Assembly: GCA_964440855.1 (NCBI GenBank)
Contig: CAYTUA010000130.1
Coordinates: forward strand, 1-30,199
Length of the DNA stretch: 30,199 nt
Direction of reading: 5' to 3'
Origin: an uncultured Lentimicrobiaceae bacterium
Lineage (GTDB): Bacteria; Bacteroidota; Bacteroidia; Bacteroidales; F082
The notes beneath the pieces were generated by a model. That model did no database searches. It was not told where the DNA came from and saw only the letters and a program-made list of their open reading frames with translations. The position numbers and the translations under genes were made by a program. Of this stretch, positions 16,560 to 27,000 are shown one piece after another; position 1 is the stretch's first letter; each line of letters begins with the position of its first letter.

Positions 16560-18368
16560 ATGAATGCCGGTAACCCAAAATATAAATCGCAGCTGGAATC
16601 AGCCCTGGCTGTTATACCTCACAATCCTGGGGTTTATCAATATTTTGATGAAGCAGGTAAAATAATCTATGTCGGAAAAGCAAAGGACCTGCGCAAGCGC
16701 GTGATGAGCTATTTCACCAAAACGCAAACCGGTAAGCTGCGTGTGTTGGTCAATCGCATCGCCAATATTGAGTTTATTGTGGTTGATTCAGAATCGGATG
16801 CGCTTTTGCTGGAAAACAACCTGATCAAAAAGTTCCAGCCGCGCTACAATGTTTTACTCAAGGATGATAAGAGCTTTCCCTGGATTTGTATCAGCCATGA
16901 ACCCTTTCCACGAATTTTCCCAACGCGTAACCTTGTTCATGATGGATCAGAATATTTTGGCCCTTATGCCTCTGTGCGAATGATGAATACCTTGCTCGAG
17001 CTTATCCGGCAGATTTATCCTGTACGTTCGTGCAAGCTTAAATTAACTGAAAAAAGTATCCAGCAGCAGAAATTTAAAATTTGCCTGGAATACCATATTG
17101 GCAATTGCAAGGGTCCATGCGAGGGCTTGCAATCGGGGCAGGAATATAGGGCGATGATTAGAGAAATCCGTGAAATCATCAAAGGAAATATACAAATGGT
17201 GGTCAGGCAGTTGCGTAAATTGATGATGGATTATGCTTCAGAAATGGCATTTGAAAAGGCCCAGATCATCAAGGAGAAGATGGAATTGCTTGAGCGTTAT
17301 CGTAGTAAATCTACCATCGTAAATGCCAGTATTGATGACGTTGATGTGTTTTCCATTGTAGAGGATGCCTCGGCTGCTTACGTTAATTACCTGAAAGTGG
17401 TCCAAGGTGCCATAGTGCAATCTCATTCGGTCGAGCTGCGCAAAAAATTGGATGAATCGGCTGCTGAATTGTTGCTTATTGCCATTTCAGATTTGCGGCA
17501 ACGCTTTTCGAGCGAGTCTAAAGAAATTATTTTGCCATTTGATCCCGGTTATGAATTGAAAGAGGTGAAATATACCATTCCGCAGCGGGGCGATAAAAAG
17601 CAATTGCTTCTGCTCTCGGAGCGCAATGCCAAGCAATTCAGGATGGAAACGGAGAAGAAGAGGAGCTTGGTGGATCCCGAAAGGCACCAAAAGCGCGTGC
17701 TGAACCAACTGCAGCAGGATTTAAGGTTGCCCAAACCTCCCGTGGTAATTGAGTGTTTCGACAACTCCAATTTTCAGGGCGATTATCCAGTGGCAGCCAT
17801 GGTGCAATTTAAAAATGCCCGGCCCAACAAAAGTGAATACAGGCATTTCAATATCAAAACAGTGGAAGGGCCCGACGATTTCGGCTCAATGGAAGAGATC
17901 GTCCTGAGGCGCTACCAGCGCTTGCAAAAGGAGGAAAAGCCGCTGCCACAATTAATTATTGTTGACGGCGGTAAAGGGCAACTCAGTGCTGCTGTTAAAA
18001 GCATTGACAAACTTGGTTTGCGGAATAAAATTGCTATCATTGGGATTGCCAAGCGCCTTGAGGAAATTTATTTTCCCGGCGACAGCCTGCCTTTGTATAT
18101 TGACAAACGCTCAGAATCGCTTAAGTTGATTCAACATATGCGCGACGAAGCCCACCGCTTTGGGATAACACACCACCGCAAGAAATTTGAAAAAGGCATA
18201 ATTAAATCCGTATTGACAGAAATTGAAGGTGTTGGCTATAGTACAGCCCAAAAGCTTTTATGGAAATTCAAGAGCGTAAAACGCATAGGTGAAACCAGCG
18301 AGGAGGAATTGGCCTCTGTGGTGGGGGCAGCCAAAGCAAAACTGGTTTTCCGGCATTTCAACCCTTGA
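16560..18368 (+). CDS. uvrC: Excinuclease ABC subunit C
   Basis: GIY-YIG domain (PGVYQY..IYVGKAKDLRKRV), Cys cluster, UVR motif, RNase H-like IECFDNSN..DGGKGQL..RDEAHRF and a C-terminal HhH. Confidence 0.97.
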   Translation: MNAGNPKYKSQLESALAVIPHNPGVYQYFDEAGKIIYVGKAKDLRKRVMSYFTKTQTGKLRVLVNRIANIEFIVVDSESDALLLENNLIKKFQPRYNVLLKDDKSFPWICISHEPFPRIFPTRNLVHDGSEYFGPYASVRMMNTLLELIRQIYPVRSCKLKLTEKSIQQQKFKICLEYHIGNCKGPCEGLQSGQEYRAMIREIREIIKGNIQMVVRQLRKLMMDYASEMAFEKAQIIKEKMELLERYRSKSTIVNASIDDVDVFSIVEDASAAYVNYLKVVQGAIVQSHSVELRKKLDESAAELLLIAISDLRQRFSSESKEIILPFDPGYELKEVKYTIPQRGDKKQLLLLSERNAKQFRMETEKKRSLVDPERHQKRVLNQLQQDLRLPKPPVVIECFDNSNFQGDYPVAAMVQFKNARPNKSEYRHFNIKTVEGPDDFGSMEEIVLRRYQRLQKEEKPLPQLIIVDGGKGQLSAAVKSIDKLGLRNKIAIIGIAKRLEEIYFPGDSLPLYIDKRSESLKLIQHMRDEAHRFGITHHRKKFEKGIIKSVLTEIEGVGYSTAQKLLWKFKSVKRIGETSEEELASVVGAAKAKLVFRHFNP

Positions 18369-18370
18369 GA

Positions 18371-19042
18371 TTATTGCAGTATAAACTTCACCGGTAGGTT
18401 GTATGTTACCCTTACGGGCTGACCTGCTTGCATGCCTGGTTTCCAAGCGGGCAAAAGGCTTACCACGCGCATGGCTTCCTGATCGCAGCCTCCGCCAATA
18501 CCGCGTAGCAACTTGATACCACTTATGGAGCCGTCCCTTTCAATTACAAATCCGAGATAAACAATACCGGTAATGTTCATCTCCCTTGCAAGGGGAGGGT
18601 ATTTTATCTCTCTGGCCAAAAAGGCCATCAAGGCTTCTGTGCCTCCTGGGAATTCTGGCATCGCTTCAGGGATGGCCACAGGTGTATCGTCAACTAATTG
18701 ATCCTCCTGTTTAAGTGTTGGAACAAATGGTGGTATGGGAACATCAGGCGTAATGGAAGCATCTATAATGACGGGGTCATCAGCCTGTTTGTGGTCCTCA
18801 ATGGGTGTAATCTTTATACTTTGTTTGGGAAGTGGAGGTTCGGGCTGCTTGTGTTTTGTGATTGGAATTAAATCAAAATCAGTTTCGCTTCCGATCCTCT
18901 TTGGCAGTTCAAGGCTTCTTACTTCATAAGTTCTGTACTCAAAGGCAAAAAATACCAGTGCCAGTGCGATGACCATCCCGATTTGTGAAAAAATCAGGCG
19001 TTTGTTTTCGAGGTTTGCTTTGGGGGATTTTTTTGTTTCCAT
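18371..19042 (-). CDS. tonB: Energy transducer TonB (paralog 2)
   Basis: N-terminal TM, Pro-containing linker and C-terminal MPEFPGG..YPPLAREMNITGIVYLGFVIERDG..GIGGGCDQEA domain. Confidence 0.92.
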   Translation of the reverse strand: METKKSPKANLENKRLIFSQIGMVIALALVFFAFEYRTYEVRSLELPKRIGSETDFDLIPITKHKQPEPPLPKQSIKITPIEDHKQADDPVIIDASITPDVPIPPFVPTLKQEDQLVDDTPVAIPEAMPEFPGGTEALMAFLAREIKYPPLAREMNITGIVYLGFVIERDGSISGIKLLRGIGGGCDQEAMRVVSLLPAWKPGMQAGQPVRVTYNLPVKFILQ

Positions 19043-19310
19043 GGCTTACACTTTTTTGGTTCATACCCGGCTGACTACTCAGCCCTGATTGCCTTTGAAC
19101 GGTGCCGCAGTAACTGACTTTTGTATAATCCTTCCCTTTAGGAGGGTTTGTTCAATAACAGCGTGCTGTTCGGGGTAAACCTTTTGCCATGAATACGCTA
19201 TTGGTTATATCACACATAACGATCAGAGTAATCCGATTATTGCATAAAGTTATGTTAAGATATTATTGGGAATGCAGGCAGACGAAATAATTTGGGTAAA
19301 AACGATGGGC

Positions 19311-19348
19311 AAAAAAAAAACACCCTGGCCTTTAAAGGTCAGGATGTT
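19311..19348 (-). terminator. Intrinsic terminator of the upstream tonB
   Basis: Near-perfect 30-bp palindrome AACACCCTGGCCTTTAAAGGTCAGGATGTT (19319..19348) followed on the - strand by a T tract, about 20 bp after the stop. Confidence 0.8.
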
Positions 19349-19369
19349 CATTTTTCTTTACGTTGTTGT

Positions 19370-20047
19370 TTACTGCAAGGTAAACCTTACTGGCAGGTTG
19401 AATGAAACACGTACTGCTTTTCCGCGCTGACGTCCTGGAGTCCATTTGGGCATGGTTTCCACCACGCGGATAGCTTCTTCGTCGCAACCACCACCGATAC
19501 CACGCAAAACATTTACATTGGTAACGGAGCCATCTGGCTCAACCACAAAGTTTACAAACACCCTCCCTTGAATGCCACTTTCGCGGGCCATGGGTGGATA
19601 TTTGATGTTGCGTGCAATAAATTCCATCATGGCTTGCGGGCCACCGGGAAACTCAGGCATGGATTCAACCACAGTAAAAATTTCAGCTTCCTCGATTTCT
19701 TCATCTTCGATAACAGGTGGAATATACACCTCAATCTCAGTGTCCTGGTCCACATCCACATCAATTTCAATATCATCTTCCACTTCCACATCGTCTTCAA
19801 CAACTTGCAAAACGGTTACCTGTCTTGGTGGTGGTGGCGGTGGTGGTGGTGGTTTTTGTTCTGTAACCGGGATGGTCTCCTCGGTAATATCCTCTGCCGA
19901 TCTTTGCATCAAATCAATTTTCCGCTCATCATAACTTTTGTATTCAAAGGCAAGAAAAGCCAGTGCAAGGGCAATGATCAATCCTATTTGCGTAAATATC
20001 ACGCGTTTGTTTTCGAGATCCGCTTTCGGTGATTTTTTAATTTCCAT
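19370..20047 (-). CDS. tonB: Energy transducer TonB (paralog 1)
   Basis: MEIKKSPKADLE N-terminus, TM, poly-Pro run, acidic linker and canonical TonB C-terminal domain. Confidence 0.95.
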   Translation of the reverse strand: MEIKKSPKADLENKRVIFTQIGLIIALALAFLAFEYKSYDERKIDLMQRSAEDITEETIPVTEQKPPPPPPPPPRQVTVLQVVEDDVEVEDDIEIDVDVDQDTEIEVYIPPVIEDEEIEEAEIFTVVESMPEFPGGPQAMMEFIARNIKYPPMARESGIQGRVFVNFVVEPDGSVTNVNVLRGIGGGCDEEAIRVVETMPKWTPGRQRGKAVRVSFNLPVRFTLQ

Positions 20048-20127
20048 AGCTGTACATTTACAGTTTGTATATTGGTTTACACGGGGGCTAAATTACTAAT
20101 TATTCAAAAAGAGATGGCCTTACTGCA

Positions 20128-20520
20128 TTATTTTTTTCTAAACAAGATATGAAACACTACTACACCAAAAATGCTGCCAAAATTATTGGCCATAAAGTCG
20201 AAGATATTTCCGTGCCTGCCAACAGGAAGAAAATGTTGCAACCATTCAGTGAGGGCACTGTAAAAAACTCCTGTAAACAAAGCCAATATTACGAGTTTTA
20301 AACGCCTGTTCTTAAGCTTATATTGTTGGCGTTTGCCCCAAAGAATCAAAAAAGTGAAAACGCCAAAAACAAAAAAGTGAACAAGTTTGTCAGGCTTTAG
20401 CCATTCCCAAAAAGAAACAATTGTTGGGAAATAATCTCCCGGCAAGCTGGTCAGTACCAAGATCATTAAAGCCCAACTCGCTGCAGGCCAGTTTGTTTTT
20501 AAAAAACCATTTCCCTGCAC
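20128..20520 (-). CDS. VanZ-family membrane protein
   Basis: DKLVHFFVFG, TEWLQHF.P.GR.G..FDFMAN..G motifs; 4 TM segments. Confidence 0.85.
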   Translation of the reverse strand: MQGNGFLKTNWPAASWALMILVLTSLPGDYFPTIVSFWEWLKPDKLVHFFVFGVFTFLILWGKRQQYKLKNRRLKLVILALFTGVFYSALTEWLQHFLPVGRHGNIFDFMANNFGSIFGVVVFHILFRKK

Positions 20521-20526
20521 GCTTTG

Positions 20527-20907
20527 TTATGCCTCAATCAGGGATGTATAGGCTGCTGCATCCAACAGCTCACTGAGTTCGGCTGGATCAGAAATTTTCA
20601 TTTTCACTATCCATCCTTCGCCGTAGGGATCTTTATTTACTGTTTCGGGGGCATCAGCCAGATTTTCGTTAAATTCTAAAATTGTTCCACTGATTGGCAT
20701 AAACATATCTGAAACTGTTTTAACAGCTTCGATGGTGCCAAATGTTTCTTCTTTATCAAGGGTCTCATCAACGGTTTCAACCTCGATAAAAACAATATCG
20801 CCCAATTCTTTCTGGGCAAAATCGGTGATGCCAACTGTTGCTACATCTCCTTCAACCTTAATCCATTCGTGGTCTTTGGTGTACTTTAATTCTGCTGGAA
20901 TGTTCAT
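20527..20907 (-). CDS. gcvH: Glycine cleavage system H protein
   Basis: [22 protein letters not shown], lipoyl-lysine EAVKTVSD and NKDPYGEGW motifs. Confidence 0.97.
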   Translation of the reverse strand: MNIPAELKYTKDHEWIKVEGDVATVGITDFAQKELGDIVFIEVETVDETLDKEETFGTIEAVKTVSDMFMPISGTILEFNENLADAPETVNKDPYGEGWIVKMKISDPAELSELLDAAAYTSLIEA

Positions 20908-20932
20908 AGGATTTTATATATTTTTTAAACGT

Positions 20933-20940
20933 CAAATATA
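20933..20940 (-). promoter_or_regulatory. -7 promoter box (TATATTTG) for gcvH
   Basis: CAAATATA on the + strand, 25 bp upstream of the ATG. Confidence 0.55.
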
Positions 20941-21025
20941 ATGAATAAAATGTAGAATGCGCATTAGATTAGTGGGGAATTAAACAAATTAAGCACCAGT
21001 TTAGAAACTATATAAATAGGTTAAT

Positions 21026-24000
21026 TTATTGGGCAAGACTGAACCGCATGGTCACACCGGCATGTGTCATCGAATTCTTAAACTGGTTCGAAACGAAAGG
21101 ATCATTCAGATCGTGCCTGTAAAATGCCTGCAAATTAAACCGGTCATTCAACATATAATCTGCCGTAACATAGATATTGATTTTATTCTGTCCGGCCGAC
21201 ACCTGGCTGTTTTGCTCGTCAATGCGGCGTAAGGTGGTTTTGTCGGTACGGAATCCCAGGTCTAGTTTCATCACCAAATCGCTGGTCGAACGCGAAATAC
21301 GTCCGCCACCAGTAACATTCGAGATGACGAGGGCCAGGTTTCTGATGCGGTATCCTACACCTATAACAATTTCACTGCCAATTATTTCGGTAAGCTGATT
21401 GTTGACAAAACTCATTGCGAGATTGCGCTGTTTTTTGTATTCAACTCGGGTGGTCAGGCTGTTTTGCATGGCAATATCTATGCCAATAAGTGGGGCAAAT
21501 TGCTCAGTGATCGACATCTGGCTGATATCGTACCGGCCAATGAATACATCGCTGTTGGCATAGGTTTTAGTCCTGTTGTTGGGATCATAATCCACATTGG
21601 TACGCCATGAGTTGATGGCATAGGACGAACGGTAGGAGTGGGTTAAGTTCACTGTCCTGAAAATTCGTCCGATAGCAGGGATTCGCGTAAGCCCATTGTA
21701 ACTGACACTCCAGTTGGGAATGGGTATTTTGGGAAAAGGACTTAAGGGAATGGTGGTGACATCCTGGCCGCGATAGGCTGCCAGAAATGCGTAAAGCACC
21801 ACTTCTTGCGAAATGGAGGTGTAGCCAAATGGGAAGAAATCCATTGCTGTGGAATCATAAATGAATCGTTCGCCCTGTTCAACCCATTGGGGGTTTTCTG
21901 AAGCAAGCCTTTCTGCAATAATTTTACGATTGTCGATCAGTTCATCAAACAGAGGCGAAGTTTCATCATCACGCGATTTGGCAAAGGATGTGTTCCACAT
22001 ACCATACGACATGCTGAAGTTGCCACTTTCAACAGGCGAGAAGCTTTGGAAATTGCCTACTGAATCGGCTCTGAAGTATTCCTGAAAATTAAATGCACTG
22101 GTTTTGTCACCACTGATGTCGATACGCAAGCCCGGAACAGGTTCCAGATTAAGCCGATAGTTCAGGTTTTCTGTTGATCGTTTTGCAAAAGCCTGGTTCA
22201 ACAGGGAATCCCTTGTAATCCAATTGTTTTGAATGGCGGCTTGCCGAATATCAGTTTCGTCGCCCATCACAAAGGCCCATCCCGGTGCGTTGTTGCTGAA
22301 ATTCATGCCCAGCAGGTCAGGTTCAAGCATAAAACCGGGTAATAGCATGCCGTTGCTTTCGGTATAGCTAATTGATCCCCTTTTGGCACTCATGGCAAGC
22401 TTTAAAATATTGTCGGCTACAATTTTAAAATAATTGATGCTGGGCTTTTCTTGCAGGCTATCGGGCTGTGCCTCTTGGTTTTCGCTTGCTTGCCGTGGAG
22501 AAGGCGGTGCAGTCCCCGGACGTGCCCCCGGCCCATTCCTGCGTGCTGACCTCGGTGGTTGTGACAGGTTTTTCAGGTAATTGTTTTTGCTGTACAAACG
22601 GCTGAAATCAATATTGCTGTTAAGCTGTTTGGTGTTTTGGTTTTCAATAACATTGCCAATGCGCTCCTGTACCGATTGAGGCGAGGCCGTCCAGTTGAAG
22701 ACAGCCTGATAGCCAGCTGTTGCTGTAATCCAGTTCAGCATGGGTATTTTATTGATCGGCACATTGTAGTTGATGCGAATGGACTGATTGTAGCGGTTTT
22801 TAGTTCCCAACCGCATTATCTCGTTGCGGATGGTATCGCGGTTCAATTCCCAGGCAGAAGTGCCACGGTCAGGATTGCCAGATGGTTCATTCACGTAAGC
22901 ATTTGCAACAGCTGTATAATCTATGGTAAGTGATCTGGTGAGATCGAACTTTAAATCATAATTTCGATTCCAGTTCCACTGTTTGCTGAAAATGGGATAG
23001 GTAATCACATCGCCAGCGCTTTTGTTGCGGAACTTCTTTTCGTGGTGTTGCCGGTTCATTTCGGTACGGAAGGCGAAATTTTTCGGCATATAGAAGAAAT
23101 TAAAATCCTTAATCAATTGCATAAATGGTTTTGAAGCCCATTTAGCTTTAGCAAAAGGCTGTACATTTTTTGGGTTGGCCATAAAATTGTAACCCAACCC
23201 ACCCCGGTATTCTTTTCGCATATCGTATTCCACATCCACATTACGCTGGTATATTTCGCTGTAAGAATAGGACACGTTGAGGTTTTCGATATCATAAATG
23301 CGCGGTGGCTTGGTGCCGCCCACCCTGTCTTTGCGCACATTCATGAAATTGATGTTTTTTCGTTGCAAATAATCATTTGTGAGCACCTTCACCGAATCCT
23401 GTTGCGCTTCCGTATCATAGGAGTCAAGGTCGTCCTTTAGTTTGATATCAGGATTCAACGGGTTGAACTCGGGCCGGATATGTGCCTCACCATAGTCGAA
23501 GTGCATGGGAATGCGCACCCCTGAGGCTTCAGGTAAAAATTTACCAAGATCAATATCAGTGGCTACATTGAAATCGGTAATCGCTTCGCGCGAAGTCTCA
23601 TTTACTTTCATATCGAGGCTTCCAAAGCCAGGTGTGCTGTGGGCGCCCGAAACAACCACACGGCCCAGGTCGGCCAGATGGGTTTCAACACGTGCAGTCG
23701 CAGCCCAGCCTCCCTTATTATTGAAATCAGTCACGCGTAATTCATTCACCCAAACAATAGCACTCTTGGGCAAACCATCATCGGTTGAATTGATGCCTTG
23801 CTTTTTGGGATTGCGCACACCGATCATAATGCCCTTTACATCGCTCACACTGGGGTTGCCAATTACCTTAATCAGGTGGTCACCAAGCTGTTCTATATAT
23901 GGCAAATTCCAATTCACTGTTGAGTTGGGATTGCGCATGGCGATATTCCTGTTTTGCTTCACCTGAACAAGTTCTTCCAAATCGATGTCGAAAAGGTTCT

Positions 24001-27000
24001 CCTCGGGCCAAATCGCCACATCATCAGTGAATGGCGTATTCCACGGTGTGAAGGTGAGTGGTATTTCGTATTCGTAATAGTTTTGTGTAAAATCGGCACC
24101 CATTCTGATAAAAACAGTCAGGTCGCCATAGTCCAGTTCCTCTGCTTCGATAAGCTTTTCGGCATGCACATACATTTTTAGTTTTTTGTACTGCCTGAAA
24201 TCAAAGCTGGTGGTTTTGTATGCTGCACGTGCATCGCCGTCTTGCAGGTTCTGAACAGTAAATGCCATTGATTGCTCGTTGAGGCGCACAATACTGGTGG
24301 TGCCATAATTGATTTCGCGATCAATGCCTGGAGGGATTACATAAGGGATGGGGTCTCGCTGTCCATTTTCCTCAACATTCACAGCTGAAATATCAAAACG
24401 GGTATCGTTGGCGTTGTCGTTTACCAGGTATTCGCCGGGTGCCTCCAGGTTGTAGCGGTATGTACGCCATTCGCCGCGAACCAGTTCCAGGGTAGCAAAA
24501 CGGGCCACAACCGGACGTTCAAAACCTTTGAAGAACATCCTGATAAACCTAATGGAACGGAAGTCCTCAATGCTCCCAACTACTTTTTCGGGTTGGCTCA
24601 CCGGTATTTTAAACTGATACCAGGTTACTTCCCCCACATCGCCATTTTCAAGGGGAATACCTTTTGCTTCGCGGATATCGGTGATGTAGTTTTCACCCAC
24701 TTTCATGTTTTGGGGATCAAGTTTGATCCGATATTGGAAGTATCTTTCCGTTTCACTGAGTGTATTGTCGCGGTTGATGTCTTCCATATTTGGAAAGGTG
24801 GTGGCACTTGTTTGGAAATCTTCTGGATTTATGTCGTCGGTAGGTGAGTTGCCATCAGGTCCGTTAAAGTTTTTATAACGTTCCATTATGCTGGTGTAGC
24901 GTGAGTCGCTGTCGAGTTCTGCTCCCCTGAAATACTGGAAGTTATCTGCTGAGGGATCTTGCAAGGCTTCTTGAAAGGCTGCTGAATTTTCTCCATAACG
25001 ATCGCGGATTACATCCAGAAAAGTTGGGGCATGGAAATCGCGTTCATCTATATCGCGCAAACCATCATAGCCTACATCCTGAAATTGACGCGATCCGGGC
25101 AGGTTGCTGAAAGATTCGGTTAAAGCCTGCAAGGTTGGAACGCGCCCCCAAATAGTGGTATCCACATTTATCACCTCTTCGGAAACGGGCAATCCATGTT
25201 CAAAAAACTTGCGTCCGTCGCGCAAAATATCTTCAGAAATATCGCCAAGGTTTATATATAAATCTCCAGCATTGGTTGGGTCCTCGGTAAATGGGTCCAT
25301 CATCCAAAACTCCAGGTATTCAATATTGGTAGCCTCAAAATCAGTAGCTTCTATCCTTCGCATAATACCTCCCCAGCGCGAATCAGGTTGGGCAAGGCTA
25401 CCGTCTTCTTCCAGGCCGGCCGTGTAGGAGGTAGGCATTACATCATAATTATACGGACCACGCTCCTGAGGGTAATAGGCCATATTGAGTACAGCAATAT
25501 TGGTGGGAATGCCTGATGGAATATCCTTGTTTGGAAACACTTCTGTTTCAAGAACCTGGCGCACACTGTGTTTTGATAATTCGTTTCGGTCAATATTGGA
25601 AGGTCTTCTTGTACCAAAACGATCATAAAACACCGAAGCATCAATGATGTACCAAGCCATTTTAGCCCTGTTTTTTCCATAGTTAAGCCCTGTCCCCGGG
25701 GCTGCTTCAGGAAAAAGGTCGAGTTGTCCCTGAGGTGTGCTGGCTAAGAACCAGGTATGTTGCTGGCGCAGGTCAATTTTCGATTTAGCCCCTTCAAAAT
25801 CATCAATATAAGATGTGCCTGTTTTGCCTACAGCACGCGAATGGCCTGGCAAAAAATGGGCAAATTCGCCATCCACATTGATACGCGAAATCTGGTTTGT
25901 GCTGATGCCTGGAATTTTGTTGAGCATATTGGTAAGCCAGCGCGATTCGCGACGATAACTCAGGTCGAGGCCATAAATGGTATTTGAAATGGGATCATCA
26001 CCATAGTTTACTTTTTGCGTTAGCGGCCTTTCATGCAAATTGAGCAAGGTGGCACCAAGGCGGAAGTCTTGATTGAACTCATGGTCAACGCGTAATCCCA
26101 TCATGCGTTTCTGCTGAATGGCAAACATTTGGTTGCTCTCCAACGAAATGTTGATGGGGGTGCCCGAACTGAGAATTCCTTCGTTGATAATGCTTACACG
26201 CCCCAGGGTGTAGTCAACAGTATAGTCCACGTTTTCAGTAAGTGGCACGCCTCCTGCTGTAACCTTTACCGACCCTTGTGGAACATTGAGTGCATTGAGG
26301 TTGATTTCGCTGCCCGACTGCGATTTGTAAAAACCCTCGAGGAGGTATTTATTTTTTTCGGGAAATTGTTCGGCACCTGTTTTGGTCAACGTATAGAGTG
26401 AATCATAAGCATAGCGGTCGGCCAGGTCGGGATTGTCAGGAAAGATATTCTTTCGGATATGCGAGCCAAAAGGCTCAAGCACAGTAAAAAAGATACGCCC
26501 ATTGGACGAATTGATTGTTCCGCCCTGGGTGGCTGCATTGTCCAGAAAGTCGAAAACCCCATCGCCACCGGCAACGGGATTCATTTGCTGGTTCAGGTTG
26601 TCGAGGCCCATCAGGTGGATAAGTGGCACACCTGTTACACTTTCGTCCCCCTCGGTGAAATAGCCGGTTGGTACGGAATTGTCATTGCCCGAGTACAAAA
26701 TGTTGAAGGTAAAATCTTCCCGGTTTACCTGAAATGCCCTGATGGAATATACGTTTTTCATCATCAGGTTCCACATGGGGATACGGGTGTTAATGGCACT
26801 GCTCTTAAGCAGCTTAACAACCAGATTTTTTGGCGAATTAATGCCTTGGTCCGAAAATTCACCTACCTGGAAAACGCTGTCGTATCCTATCACTGTGTAT
26901 TGGTAGGCTACAGCAAGAGTTTGGTCAGCGTTGAGCGTCGTATTAAGCGAAACAAAACCCAACTTACTATTGTAGGTATATTCTGAAGGGTTTAGTTTTC

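Noticed and set aside
19043-19200. Cobalamin riboswitch upstream of tonB2 (AAAGGGAA and AAGTCAG on the - strand)
   Set aside because: The two motifs are only about 12 nt apart, and the B12-box/GCCACTG core is absent.
19828-19854. GGT tandem repeat as a phase-variable simple sequence repeat
   Set aside because: It is a triplet repeat encoding the TonB poly-proline linker, and slippage would keep the frame.
19568-20032. Long antisense ORFs (154 and 120 aa) over tonB1, and similar shadow ORFs over sprA, ABC-F and MMPL
   Set aside because: They are complementary-strand shadows of well-supported genes, explained by codon bias and low-complexity repeats.
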